A DNA stretch of 64,000 bases from an uncultured candidatus Porisulfidus sp. (GTDB lineage: Bacteria; Pseudomonadota; Gammaproteobacteria; Poriferisulfidales; Poriferisulfidaceae): positions 544,001 to 608,000 of the forward strand of contig OZ220480.1 in the NCBI GenBank assembly GCA_965116025.1, in the 5' to 3' direction. The stretch's first letter is position 1; every line of letters begins with the position of its first letter. The position numbers and the translations under genes were made by a program. Shown here piece after piece: positions 1 through 9,848 of the stretch. The notes below the pieces were generated by a model. It was not told the origin of the DNA, made no database searches, and saw nothing but the letters and a program-made list of their open reading frames with translations.

Positions 1-1877
1 TGCCTTCAACTGTCTTGGGCATCGAGCCTTGGTGCACGGCGAGAATGCCAGCGGTTCGGGTCTTCAGGACATCCGCCAAGAACGTGCCGATGATGTTGGG
101 CTCATCTCCCGCGATGATCTCGCCCTTCAGATGCTCCACGATCACGTCGCCCCAACCGGAATGCTGAGCGCTGACGCCCGAGCTTTTCGCGTGGATGAGA
201 CCCTCGTTCTTGACCATGATCTTCGTCTCCTCATCAGCGGTGTTTAAGACGTTTAAGCCCTGAAGGAACAAGCCATGCTGGCCGACCGGCGTCTTCATGG
301 TCCCGATCATCGCGCCGGACTCGACGACCACGTGAATCGTCGCTCCATGGCTTTTGTTCTTAATGGACACGCCATCCCGACCCACGGTCGGCTCGTCCCC
401 GTCCATGCCGATCCGCGCCCCCGACTTCAGCGTCACCTTGATATCCCGGTTGTTGTCACCGATGTCGCGTTGAGCGTCGGGCGTCGCGCTCCGGTCAATG
501 TATATCCCGTCGCTCTTCGCCCCAGCGACCTTGCCCGCGAAGTCCACCTTGATCAGTCCGCCTTTGTGGGCAGTGGCAAGCGGACCGTAAAGAACGTTAA
601 TTGCATTCCGCGCTCCAGCCTCGCCCTCCGCGTTCCAGCCCGCCGTGATGACGCCCCCCGTCACGTCGATCGTCACCGGAGCCACGCTGGTCCCGGCGCT
701 TCCCCCCGACGTTACGACGGCGATGCCATGCTCATAAGCGGTGATGTCGCCACTCGAGGTGATCGTGATCTCGCTGCTGGCTTCCTCCGCGGTACCCACG
801 CCAAAGAGGTCAGTAACGCCAACGACTATGCCGTGGTGGTTGAATAAGGTAGCAGGCTGCCCTTCGTCGTCTTCCGAATATTCGTTATCAGCGTTATCCA
901 GCGTGGCATCTCCACTCTCGGGGAGCGTTTTCGCGTAGAGGGGCCGCTGCCTCTCATTGATGATCGTCCCGTGATTCGTGATGGTGACATCGCCCCCATT
1001 GACGAGAGCGACCGAAATGCCCTTGCTGGTCACGCTATCCTCCGCCGTCTCGACGGTAACGGTCCCAGACCCTTGATGCAACACTTTGATTCCCTCGTAA
1101 TACCCGTAGATCTCACCCCGATTCACGATTGAGACATCGCCCTGGGCAGTGGCTGATTTGGGATTCGTTGCGAACAATATAAGATTCTTTGTGAAAGAGC
1201 TACTGTATTCCGCCCGCACACCGGTGTGCCCCACCGGGACATCCTTGGTTCCGATCTTCGTATCGGCCCCAACCACGATCTCGATCTTGTCCTCTCTGTT
1301 GGTGTCGCCGACTTTTTCGTTCAGAACATAGATCCCGTAGTTTTGGCTACCCCGTTGATACTGCGGATCAATGAAGGTCGCGCTTACCTTCGTTCCATCG
1401 TTATCGAACGTGCCCTCGGTCGGCGAAGCCCAGCCACCCGCCTCGTTCACGATCCTCACTTTGCCTTCCAGCTTCACCACCAAAGCGGTATCACCGACCA
1501 CAGTGATACCGGAATACCGGGTGTCGTCGTCAGGGGGAAGGAACGACTTGATGGTCGTCATCTCCCCCGAAGGCTTCACGGTCAGCGTCAGCCCGCCCGT
1601 CTGATCCTTGTACTCGATCGGGTCGGGAGTCGCACTGGTACCGCCGTAGGCCGCGTCGCTACAAATGGCCGCGTTGGAGGCGGGCGGGCCGCACTCGTTC
1701 GCCGCTTGGGCGAAATGCGGTATCAGTGAAATCGAGAAAGCGGCCGTCAGCCCGGCCAGAACGGTCAGGAAGCGGGACATTGCCCCCCCCCCCCCCCCCC
1801 CCCCCTATGCGGGAAGACGACGAAGCGACGCCAAGCGCGGCGCGAGCGGCGTTGGAAATGATTGAAATCTTATTCAT
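1..1877 (-). CDS. Autotransporter passenger protein, copy A (5' part; runs off window start), with a poly-G tract frameshift in the signal-peptide region
   Basis: ATG at 1877 (MNKISIISNAARAALGVASSSSRI), then G23. Spot translation of the downstream frame from ATG 1780 (MSRFLTVLAGLTAAFSISLIPHFAQAANEC...IEYKDQTGGLTLTVKPSGEMTTIKSFLPP...RTAGILAVHQG) keeps homology and frame to position 1 and is colinear with the 13513-16812 autotransporter. Confidence 0.85.
1783..1805 (-). repeat. G23 homopolymer (C23 on + strand), putative slipped-strand phase-variation tract
   Basis: 23 consecutive C counted directly; lies between the ATG-led leader and the hydrophobic signal-peptide core of copy A. Confidence 0.9.
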
Positions 1878-2031
1878 TTTTGGTTCCTGTTTCAACGAAT
1901 ACGGATTTGGAAAACCGAGCGTGAAATTATACAGCGAATCGATCTCGCCCTCCGAGATCGAAGTCCAACCGCTCACTCGCGCTCATCTTCGAGGGAGACC
2001 AACCCAAAATCGGCTCCCCGGCCTTTGGAAT

Positions 2032-3069
2032 CTACCCCTCTGACATCAGGCAATCCTTGAACTCCGCCGCCATCTCGCGGATCATGCCGAAGTAGGCGTC
2101 GGGCCCACTCTCAATAGTGGAGCCGAGAGGGTCGAGCAAGCCCGCCCGCGCCCCCGTGCCCTCAATGATCGTGTCGACTAGGCGCGACTCGAACTGAACC
2201 TCAGCGAACACGCAGGTCGCGCCAAGCCCGCGGATCTTCTCGCGCAGTTCCATGACGCGCCGAACGCTCGGCGACTGGTCCACGCTCACCACTACCGATC
2301 CAACGGCGGTCAGGCCGAACCGATCCTCGAAATGTCGATAGGCATCATGGAAGATGATGAAAGGCTTGGCGCGAATCGGCGCGGTTTGGCGGGCGATTTC
2401 TTGGATCAGGCCGTCCACGCGACCCTGAAACGCGGCGGCGTTGGCCACGTAGGTCTCGGCGTTGGCCGGATCGACCTCGGACAGGACCTCCGCGACCTCG
2501 CGCGCCATCGCTCCCGCGTTCACCGGATCAAGCCAGATATGCATATCGAAAGCGCCGTGCTCGCCTTCCTCGTGGTGATCGTGGTCGTCATCATCATGGC
2601 GCTCGTGCCCATGGCCATGATCGTGGTCGCCGTCGTCATGGCACTCGTGCCCATGGCCGTGATCATGGTCGTGAGCCTCGAACGCGCCCCCCTCGCGGAG
2701 CGATCGATGAACGATTCCGTCCGCTTCCGACAACGTTATGACGCGGGCGTCGCGCGCGAGCGCGCCAACCGCTTTAAAAAGAGTGTTCTCGATCGTGTCG
2801 TCAACCAAGAAGACGACGCGCGCGTTTTGGAGGAGCGCGGAGTCGGAAGGACGCAGATTGAAAGTGTGCGGCGACACGGTTCCTCGCATGAGCAGGCGAG
2901 GCTCGCCAACCCCATCCATGACGGCACTCACCAGCGAGTGCACCGGCTGAATGGAGGCCACCACGCTGGGCGCGCTCTCGTCCGCTGCCGGGGCCGAAGA
3001 CGCGAAGCAGAAGAGAACGGCGGCGAGCGCCGCGCGAAGCGGCGAGTTCAAGGGTTTGGATCGAGTCAT
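2032..3069 (-). CDS. znuA: Zinc ABC transporter periplasmic binding protein with His-rich loop
   Basis: Signal peptide; VVASIQPVHSLV, SPHTF, DMHIWLDP, FHDAY motifs; His/Asp-rich loop; upstream Zur box. Start taken at ATG 3069. Confidence 0.92.
   Translation of the reverse strand: MTRSKPLNSPLRAALAAVLFCFASSAPAADESAPSVVASIQPVHSLVSAVMDGVGEPRLLMRGTVSPHTFNLRPSDSALLQNARVVFLVDDTIENTLFKAVGALARDARVITLSEADGIVHRSLREGGAFEAHDHDHGHGHECHDDGDHDHGHGHERHDDDDHDHHEEGEHGAFDMHIWLDPVNAGAMAREVAEVLSEVDPANAETYVANAAAFQGRVDGLIQEIARQTAPIRAKPFIIFHDAYRHFEDRFGLTAVGSVVVSVDQSPSVRRVMELREKIRGLGATCVFAEVQFESRLVDTIIEGTGARAGLLDPLGSTIESGPDAYFGMIREMAAEFKDCLMSEG
2576..2671. repeat. 42-bp tandem repeat (about 2.3 units) encoding the His-rich loop of ZnuA
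   Basis: Units begin tgatcgtggtcg / tgatcgtggtcg / tgatcatggtcg at 2576, 2618 and 2660. Confidence 0.85.
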
Positions 3070-3140
3070 GCGTTGTGTCTCCAGATTGATTGGGAAAATG
3101 TCCGCTCGGCCCGCGCGTCCCGTCCGCCCGGTCACCTGAC

Positions 3141-3163
3141 GAATTGTTATATTATAACATATT
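3141..3163. promoter_or_regulatory. Zur-binding box upstream of znuA
   Basis: GAATTGTTATATTATAACATATT with perfect TGTTATA-T-TATAACA palindrome, close to the gammaproteobacterial Zur consensus GAAATGTTATA-N-TATAACATTTC. Confidence 0.88.
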
Positions 3164-3277
3164 CATCGAGCGTGGCCCGCTCCTCAAATCGACGCGCGGG
3201 CGCGACCACTGACTCCACCCAGCGCGTCCAACTTCCGAGGTCGAGCGCGACGGCGGCTCCGATTCGCCCGCGCCCGG

Positions 3278-4225
3278 CTATCGGTCCACGACGGCGGGAT
3301 CGTCAGAGCATTCTTCCAGCTCGATCTGCACCGTGACGTGATTGATGCCAAAGCGCTCGTTCAGGCGAGCGCGAATGGCGGCGATGACCGGGTCCGGACG
3401 CGTCCCTTGAGCGACGCGCGCATGCAGGGTCAGCAACGAATACCCTTGCGACAGGGACCATGCGTGGACGTGATGCACGTCCTCGACTTCCGGGACGCGC
3501 GCGACCAGATCCGGCCCAATCTCCCGCACGTTCAGCCGTTCGGGCACGCCCTCGAGCAGCACGTGCGCCGATTCCTTCAGCAGGAACCATGCGGCGCGCG
3601 ACACCAGCGCGCAGACCAGAAGAGAGAGAATCGGGTCGATCGCCATCCAGCCGGTCGCCATGATGATCAGCGCGGCGCTGATCGCCGCGACCGAGCCGAG
3701 CATGTCGCTCGCCACGTGGAGCAGAGCGCCACGGACGTTCAGGTTGTCGCGGTTCGCCCCGTGAAGCAGGGCGAACGCGCCGATGTTGACGAGAAGGCCG
3801 AGCCCCGCCACCACGAGCATGGGACCGGCGAGCACCGCGGACGGATCGAGGATCCGCCCGATCGCCTCGGAGAGAATCCAGCCAACGAGAAACACCAAGC
3901 TGACTCCGTTGGCGAAGGCGGCGAGGACCGGAAAGCGATGGTAGCCATACGTCCGCATCCGGTCCTCCGGGCGGCGGCTCAGCCGGAAGGCGATCCAGGC
4001 GAACAGCAGGGCCACCGCGTCGACCAGCATGTGGGCGGCGTCCGCCAGCAACGCCAGCGAGCCCGAGACCACGCCGCCGATGACCTCGACGACCATGAAT
4101 CCGCTGATCAGGAGGAATGCCTGGAAGACGCGCCGCGCGTTCCGGTTCAGGTCATCGGGGACGGATTCGCGACGGCGCGCGTCGGGGTCGCGGGGCATCG
4201 TCGTCTCCTGCTCGCTCGTCCGCAT
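3278..4225 (-). CDS. Cation diffusion facilitator (CzcD/ZitB-like) metal exporter
   Basis: SLALLADAAHMLVD, TYGYHR, NVRGALLHVASD, VHHVHAW and HVTVQIE motifs; multiple TM helices. Confidence 0.92.
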   Translation of the reverse strand: MRTSEQETTMPRDPDARRRESVPDDLNRNARRVFQAFLLISGFMVVEVIGGVVSGSLALLADAAHMLVDAVALLFAWIAFRLSRRPEDRMRTYGYHRFPVLAAFANGVSLVFLVGWILSEAIGRILDPSAVLAGPMLVVAGLGLLVNIGAFALLHGANRDNLNVRGALLHVASDMLGSVAAISAALIIMATGWMAIDPILSLLVCALVSRAAWFLLKESAHVLLEGVPERLNVREIGPDLVARVPEVEDVHHVHAWSLSQGYSLLTLHARVAQGTRPDPVIAAIRARLNERFGINHVTVQIELEECSDDPAVVDR

Positions 4226-4343
4226 GGACGCGGCCTCCCGCCGCGGGCGCGACGGACCTCGTCACGGGCGCGGCCGGCGGGTACACTATAATACGCTTTC
4301 GCCCCGCGCCGATTCATCGAGACCCGCCCGAAACACAAACGCG

Positions 4344-5168
4344 ATGTTGGGAAAACCGCGCCGCATGGCGCCCAGAGCGATCTTGCCGAACGTCCGCCAG
4401 CTCGCGGCGGCCGCGGTCCTGTCGTCACTCGCCGGAACGGTGCGGGCGGGCTGGGACGCCCTCAACATGCCCGTCGGCGTCACCGAGATCAGCCGCGCCG
4501 TCTACGACCTGCATATGCTGATTTTCTGGATTTGCGTGGTCATCGGCGCGCTCGTGTTCGGCGCCATGTTCTACTCCATCCTGATGCACCGGAAATCCCG
4601 CGGCGCCACCGCCGCGACGTTCCACGAGAGCACGACCGTGGAGGTGATCTGGACGGTGATCCCCTTCGTCATCCTGGTCGCCATGGCGGTCCCCGCCACC
4701 GCCACGCTCATCAAGATGGAGGACTCCGGCGAATCCGAGATGACGATCAAGATCACCGGCTACCAGTGGCTTTGGCGCTACGACTACCTGGACCATGGCT
4801 TCGGCTTCCACTCGTTCCTGTCCACCCCCCGCGAGGCGATTCGCGACCGCGCCGAGAAAGGAGAGAACTATCTGCTGGAGGTCGACCGGCCTTTGGTCCT
4901 TCCCACCGACACGAAGGTCCGCATGCTGATCACCGCCAGCGACGTGATCCACGCCTGGTGGGTGCCGGACCTCGCCCTCAAGCGGGACGCCATCCCGGGC
5001 TTCATCAACGAGCTATGGACCCAGATCGAGGAGCCGGGAATCTACCGGGGCCAATGCGCCGAGCTATGCGGGCGCGACCACGGCTTCATGCCGATCGAGG
5101 TCCACGCCATGCCGCCGGACGAGTACCGCGCTTGGGTCGAGCGCCAGACCGCCAGCGCGGCCGAATAA
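4344..5168 (+). CDS. coxB: Cytochrome c oxidase subunit II
   Basis: EVIWTVIP, GYQWLWRY, DVIHAWW and CuA motif GQCAELCGRDHGFM. Start is 4344 or 4365. Confidence 0.95.
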   Translation: MLGKPRRMAPRAILPNVRQLAAAAVLSSLAGTVRAGWDALNMPVGVTEISRAVYDLHMLIFWICVVIGALVFGAMFYSILMHRKSRGATAATFHESTTVEVIWTVIPFVILVAMAVPATATLIKMEDSGESEMTIKITGYQWLWRYDYLDHGFGFHSFLSTPREAIRDRAEKGENYLLEVDRPLVLPTDTKVRMLITASDVIHAWWVPDLALKRDAIPGFINELWTQIEEPGIYRGQCAELCGRDHGFMPIEVHAMPPDEYRAWVERQTASAAE

Positions 5169-5183
5169 CCTAACGGAGCCAAC

Positions 5184-6761
5184 ATGAGCGAGACCGCCAT
5201 CCCCGCCCACGACGACCACGACCATCGACCCAGCGGCTTGTGGCGGTGGGTGACCACCACCAACCACAAGGACATCGGGACCTTGTACCTGTGGTTGGCC
5301 ATGATCATGTTCTTCGTCGGCGGAGCGATGGCGCTGGTCATCCGCACCGAGCTGTTCTCGCCCGGCCTGCAGTTCGTCGACCCACAGTTCTTCAACTCGA
5401 TGACCACGCTGCACGCGCTGGTGATGATCTTCGGCGTGGTGATGCCCGCCTTCACCGGGCTGGCCAACTGGCAGATTCCCCTGATGGTCGGCGCCACCGA
5501 CATGGCCTTGCCGCGCATGAACAACTGGAGTTTCTGGATCCTGCCGTTCGCGTTCGCCATGCTGCTGTCCACGCTCTTCCTGGATGGCGGCGGCCCGGCC
5601 GGCGGCTGGACCCTGTACCCCCCTCTCACCCTGCAGACCGGAGACGCCCTGCCTTTCGTGATCTTCTCGATCCACTTCATGGGCATGTCGTCCATCATGG
5701 GCGCGATCAACGTCATCGCCACCATCGTCAACATGCGCGCGCCGGGCATGCGCATGATGCAGATGCCCCTGTTCGTCTGGACCTGGCTGATCACCGCCTT
5801 CCTGCTGATCGCGGTGATGCCGGTGCTGGCCGGCGGCGTCACCATGCTGCTGACCGATAAATTCTTCGGCACCAGCTTCTTCAACGCGGCCGGCGGCGGC
5901 GACCCGGTGCTGTTCCAGCACATCTTCTGGTTCTTCGGCCACCCGGAGGTCTACATCCTGATCCTGCCCTCCTTCGGGGTCGTCTCCAGCATTCTTCCGA
6001 CCTTCTCGCGCAAGCCGCTGTTCGGCTACAGCTCGATGGTCTACGCCACCGCCTCGATCGCCTTCCTCTCGTTCGTCGTGTGGGCGCACCACATGTTCAC
6101 GGTGGGCATGCCGCTGGCGGGCGAGCTGTTCTTCATGTTCGCCACCATGCTGATCGCCGTGCCGACCGGCGTCAAGGTCTTCAACTGGGTCGCCACCATG
6201 TGGCGCGGCTCGATGACCTTCGAGACCCCGATGCTGTTCGCCATCGGCTTCATCGTCATGTTCACCATCGGCGGCTTCTCCGGGTTGATGCTGGCGATCG
6301 TGCCGGCCGACTTCCAGTATCACGATTCCTATTTCGTGGTCGCGCACTTCCACTACGTCCTGGTGCCCGGATCGATCTTCGCGATCATGGCGGCCGTCTA
6401 CTACTGGCTGCCGAAGTGGACCGGCAACCATTACCCCGAGCGCCTGGGCAAGTGGCACTTCTGGCTGTCCACCATCTTCGTCAACTTGACGTTCTTCCCG
6501 ATGCACTTCGTCGGGCTCGCCGGCATGCCGCGGCGCATCCCCGACTACGCCCTGCAGTTCGCCGACTACAACATGCTGGCCTCGATCGGGGCGTTCGGCT
6601 TCGGCTTCGCGCAGCTGCTGTTCCTGTATCTCGTGGTGGTGACCATCCGCGGCGGCGAGAAAGCCACGGACCGGGTCTGGGAAGGCGCCGAGGGGCTGGA
6701 GTGGACTCTTCCCTCGCCCCCGCCCTATCACAGCTTCACCACCCCGCCGGCGATCCGATGA
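5184..6761 (+). CDS. coxA: Cytochrome c oxidase subunit I
   Basis: TTNHKDIG, WFFGHPEVY, WAHHMF and VAHFHY heme/CuB motifs. Confidence 0.98.
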   Translation: MSETAIPAHDDHDHRPSGLWRWVTTTNHKDIGTLYLWLAMIMFFVGGAMALVIRTELFSPGLQFVDPQFFNSMTTLHALVMIFGVVMPAFTGLANWQIPLMVGATDMALPRMNNWSFWILPFAFAMLLSTLFLDGGGPAGGWTLYPPLTLQTGDALPFVIFSIHFMGMSSIMGAINVIATIVNMRAPGMRMMQMPLFVWTWLITAFLLIAVMPVLAGGVTMLLTDKFFGTSFFNAAGGGDPVLFQHIFWFFGHPEVYILILPSFGVVSSILPTFSRKPLFGYSSMVYATASIAFLSFVVWAHHMFTVGMPLAGELFFMFATMLIAVPTGVKVFNWVATMWRGSMTFETPMLFAIGFIVMFTIGGFSGLMLAIVPADFQYHDSYFVVAHFHYVLVPGSIFAIMAAVYYWLPKWTGNHYPERLGKWHFWLSTIFVNLTFFPMHFVGLAGMPRRIPDYALQFADYNMLASIGAFGFGFAQLLFLYLVVVTIRGGEKATDRVWEGAEGLEWTLPSPPPYHSFTTPPAIR

Positions 6762-6874
6762 CCCAACCCCGAACGCCCGCGCGCCGCGCCGCGATTCGCA
6801 CCGCTTGGATCATCGGAGCTGTCGCCATGGCGATCTACGTCGGCTTCTACATTCTGGTGGGGAACGCCGGATGA
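6758..6874 (+). CDS. Small single-TM protein in cox operon (38 aa)
   Basis: MTQPRTPARRAAIRTAWIIGAVAMAIYVGFYILVGNAG; ATGA overlaps with both coxA and ctaG. Confidence 0.7.
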   Translation: MTQPRTPARRAAIRTAWIIGAVAMAIYVGFYILVGNAG

Positions 6875-7422
6875 CCACCCATCCGCACCGCCGCACCGCC
6901 GCGCGCCTGGCGGCGTTCTGCGCCCTGATGCTGGGCTTCTCCTACGCGCTGGTGCCGCTGTACGACATCCTGTGCGACATCACCGGGTTGTCCGGGTCGA
7001 CCGACAACCTGACCCAAGCGGCCGTGGCCGCGACCGAGTCTCGCCTCGGCGCCGAACGGCAGATCACCCTGCAGTTCGTCGCCAACGTAGATCGCTCCAT
7101 GCCCTGGGACATCCGTCCCGATCAGTTCGAGATGAAGGTCCAAACTGGACGAACCTATCAGACCGTGTTCCACGCGCGCAACCGGACGGAGCGGCCCATG
7201 GTCGGGCAGGCCGTCCCCAGCGTCGCCCCGCAGAAGGCCGCGCCACACCTGATCAAGCAGGAATGCTTCTGCTTCACCAGCCAGCCGCTCGACGCCGGCG
7301 AGCGCGTCGAGATGCCACTGGTGTTCCGGGTAAGCGAGCGCTTGCCCGAGACCGTCGAGACCCTGACCCTGTCGTACACCTTCTTTGACGCGTCCCGTTC
7401 CTCCGGGGCCCGATCCGGGTGA
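6871..7422 (+). CDS. ctaG: Cytochrome c oxidase assembly copper chaperone CtaG/Cox11
   Basis: ALVPLYDILC, GQAVPSVAP, ECFCF and LSYTFF motifs. Confidence 0.95.
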   Translation: MTTHPHRRTAARLAAFCALMLGFSYALVPLYDILCDITGLSGSTDNLTQAAVAATESRLGAERQITLQFVANVDRSMPWDIRPDQFEMKVQTGRTYQTVFHARNRTERPMVGQAVPSVAPQKAAPHLIKQECFCFTSQPLDAGERVEMPLVFRVSERLPETVETLTLSYTFFDASRSSGARSG

Positions 7423-7427
7423 TCCCC

Positions 7428-8297
7428 ATGTCCGATTCCACGCTCTATTACATCCCCGAGCCGAGCTACTGGCCCATCGTCGGCTCCGTCGGCCTGGCCT
7501 CCGCCCTGGTCGGCGCCGCGATGATGATGCTGGGGTCGGCCCCCGGGCCTTGGTTGCTGGCCGCTGGCTCCCTGATCGTGCTGGTGATGCTGTTCGGCTG
7601 GTTCGGCACGGTCGTCGGCGAGAGCGAGAGCGGAACCTACAACGCGCAAGTTGACCTGTCGTTCCGCTGGGGAATGTTCTGGTTCATCTTCTCGGAAGTG
7701 ATGTTCTTCGCGGCCTTCTTCGGCGCTCTCTACTACGCCCGCCAGTACTCGCTGCCGTGGCTCGGGGGCGAAGGCCCCGGCATCCTGACCAATACCTACC
7801 TGTGGCAGGGCTACGAGGCGCTGTGGCCTTACACCGCGAACGGACCGGGCGAGATCGGGGGAGACTTCGCGCATATGCCGGCTTGGGGGCTTCCCGCGAT
7901 CAACACGCTGATCCTGCTCACCAGCGGCGGCACCGTCACCTGGGCGCACCACGCGCTGAAGGCCGGGCGCCGGGGACAACTGATCGCCGGGCTGACCCTG
8001 ACCGTGACGCTGGGCTTCCTCTTCGTCGCGCTGCAGGCCGGCGAGTACGCGCACGCCTTCGCGGACCTGAACCTGACCCTGGAGTCCGGGATCTACGGCT
8101 CGACCTTCTATATGCTCACCGGCTTCCACGGCCTGCACGTCACGATCGGGGCCCTGATCCTGACCGTCGTGCTGATCCGCTGCGTTCGCGGGCACTTCAC
8201 TTCGGACCGCCACTTCGCGTTCGAGGCGGCCGCTTGGTACTGGCACTTCGTCGACGTCGTCTGGCTCGGCCTGTTCGTCTTCGTCTACTGGCTGTGA
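7428..8297 (+). CDS. coxC: Cytochrome c oxidase subunit III
   Basis: FIFSEVMFF, GFHGLHV and WYWHFVDVVW motifs. Confidence 0.97.
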   Translation: MSDSTLYYIPEPSYWPIVGSVGLASALVGAAMMMLGSAPGPWLLAAGSLIVLVMLFGWFGTVVGESESGTYNAQVDLSFRWGMFWFIFSEVMFFAAFFGALYYARQYSLPWLGGEGPGILTNTYLWQGYEALWPYTANGPGEIGGDFAHMPAWGLPAINTLILLTSGGTVTWAHHALKAGRRGQLIAGLTLTVTLGFLFVALQAGEYAHAFADLNLTLESGIYGSTFYMLTGFHGLHVTIGALILTVVLIRCVRGHFTSDRHFAFEAAAWYWHFVDVVWLGLFVFVYWL

Positions 8298-8308
8298 CCG
8301 CGCCCGGG

Positions 8309-8518
8309 TCACGGCCCGGGGCGCAACCCATGCGGCTCGATCCATCCCATCCAGCCCGCCAGCAACAGTAGAAGAAAAAGGCTGATCGAAAGGCCCACCC
8401 GCCAGGTTAGCGCACGCGCGACGCGATTCGTCGAGCCTTGGTCCCGCACCAGAAACGTCAGCGCCGAGAACAGGCTCGCCAGAATTGCCAGCAATAGAAT
8501 GACGACCAGAGATTTCAT
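8309..8518 (-). CDS. Twin-transmembrane small protein (DUF2909-like)
   Basis: MKSLVVILLLAILASLFSALTFLVRD...ALTWRVGLS...IEPHG; typical antisense position between coxC and surf1. Confidence 0.85.
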   Translation of the reverse strand: MKSLVVILLLAILASLFSALTFLVRDQGSTNRVARALTWRVGLSISLFLLLLLAGWMGWIEPHGLRPGP

Positions 8519-8530
8519 CTTCGGCTCCGC

Positions 8531-9262
8531 ATGATGTCGACGCGCCCGCCTCGCCCAACGTTTTTGCTCGGCTTCGCGAGCGTCGCGCTGGCGGCCACGT
8601 TCCTCTCGCTCGGATTCTGGCAACTGGAACGCGCCGACCACCGTCGCGCGCAGGACGAGCTGAAGCGGGAGCGGGAGCGGCTGAGCCCCGTTTATATCAC
8701 ATCCTTCCCGGAAGACTCGCTCGGGGAGCTAGCCGGACGCCGGGTCCGCTTGCGCGGCCAGTACCTGCCCGATCAGTTCCTGCTCGACAACCAGGTCCAG
8801 GACCGGCGCCCGGGCTACCACGTGCTAAGCCCTTTCGCGCTCTCGACCTACGCGCAGGTGGTGCTGGTCAACCGGGGCTGGGTGCCCGCCCAGGCCGACC
8901 GCTCCCTCCTGCCCTCCGTTCCGGCCCCCTCCGGGACCAAGATCCAGATCGAGGGAATCGTCCATCTCCCTCAGGCGAACCCGCTCACCGACCCGGACCT
9001 CCTAATGGAGGGCCGTGGCTGGCCGCAAGTGATTCAGGACATCGACTACGCCCGCCTCGCCGAGCGGCTGTCCGAGCTCTCGCTCGTTCCCGCCACGATC
9101 CGGCTCGGCGCGGACCAGCCGGACGGCTACGCGCGCGCCTGGCCGGGCCCTCCGATGAGCGCGGAAAAACACTCCGCGTACGCCGTCCAATGGTTCGCCA
9201 TGGCCGCGGCGGTGACGATCCTGTTCCTGCTCTATCTCAAGCGACCGGCTCGGGAGAACTGA
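8531..9262 (+). CDS. SURF1 family cytochrome oxidase biogenesis protein
   Basis: LGFWQLER, LVNRGWVP and HSAYAVQWF motifs. Confidence 0.93.
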   Translation: MMSTRPPRPTFLLGFASVALAATFLSLGFWQLERADHRRAQDELKRERERLSPVYITSFPEDSLGELAGRRVRLRGQYLPDQFLLDNQVQDRRPGYHVLSPFALSTYAQVVLVNRGWVPAQADRSLLPSVPAPSGTKIQIEGIVHLPQANPLTDPDLLMEGRGWPQVIQDIDYARLAERLSELSLVPATIRLGADQPDGYARAWPGPPMSAEKHSAYAVQWFAMAAAVTILFLLYLKRPAREN

Positions 9263-9843
9263 TGTTTCATCTGGGCTCGCACCCGGACGCCCGGCGCCTG
9301 CTGCGCTCGCGCCTCTACCTGATCGGGCTGGCGCTGGCCTTCGCCGGCCCCCTGATCGCCTCGGTCGTTCTGTACCACAATCCGCAGCTTCGCGGGAACA
9401 CGGGCGACGACAGCCATGGCTCCCTGATCTTGCCGCCCCGACCGCTGGGCCGCGACCTGTTCCGCCCCCCCGGACAGCCCCCGCGCTGGACCCTGCTCTA
9501 CCGCGCGAGCGCGGAGACCTGCGATCTCCAATGCGAGGCCACCCTCTTCATGATGCGCCAAGTCCACGAATCTCTAGGCTCCAGGCGCGCCCGCGCGCGG
9601 ATCTTGATCTGGCTCGACCGTCCGGGCCTGCGCGCGCGCTACGCGTCGGCGCTCGCGCGCTTCCCCCCAGAGCGGGCACGAATCCTCCCCGATTCCGGAT
9701 CGCTCGCGGACGATCTCCCCGCCGACGCCTTGCTCATCGTCGACCCCCTGGGGAACCTTCTGATGCGCTACGACGACCGGTCCACCTCCAAGGGGATCCT
9801 CGCGGACCTGAAGCGCCTGCTCGCCGCCTCCCGGATCGGCTGA
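9262..9843 (+). CDS. Membrane-anchored thioredoxin-like (SCO-related) cox-operon protein
   Basis: N-terminal TM, CxxxC (CDLQC), IVDPLGNLLMRY, DLKRLL...SRIG end; position between surf1 and ctaA. Confidence 0.75.
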   Translation: MFHLGSHPDARRLLRSRLYLIGLALAFAGPLIASVVLYHNPQLRGNTGDDSHGSLILPPRPLGRDLFRPPGQPPRWTLLYRASAETCDLQCEATLFMMRQVHESLGSRRARARILIWLDRPGLRARYASALARFPPERARILPDSGSLADDLPADALLIVDPLGNLLMRYDDRSTSKGILADLKRLLAASRIG

Positions 9844-9848
9844 CTCCG

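Noticed and set aside
1665-2043. Plus-strand ORFs with poly-Pro (also 16727-16999), and poly-Gly ORFs at 61436-61922
   Set aside because: Antisense readings of the homopolymer tracts; the opposite strand has recognisable genes.
5064-6731. Long antisense or alternate-frame ORFs (e.g. 555 aa here, 42451-44727, 58682-60661, 62322-63428)
   Set aside because: Shadow ORFs expected from high-GC codon bias; they overlap well-supported genes and show no motifs.
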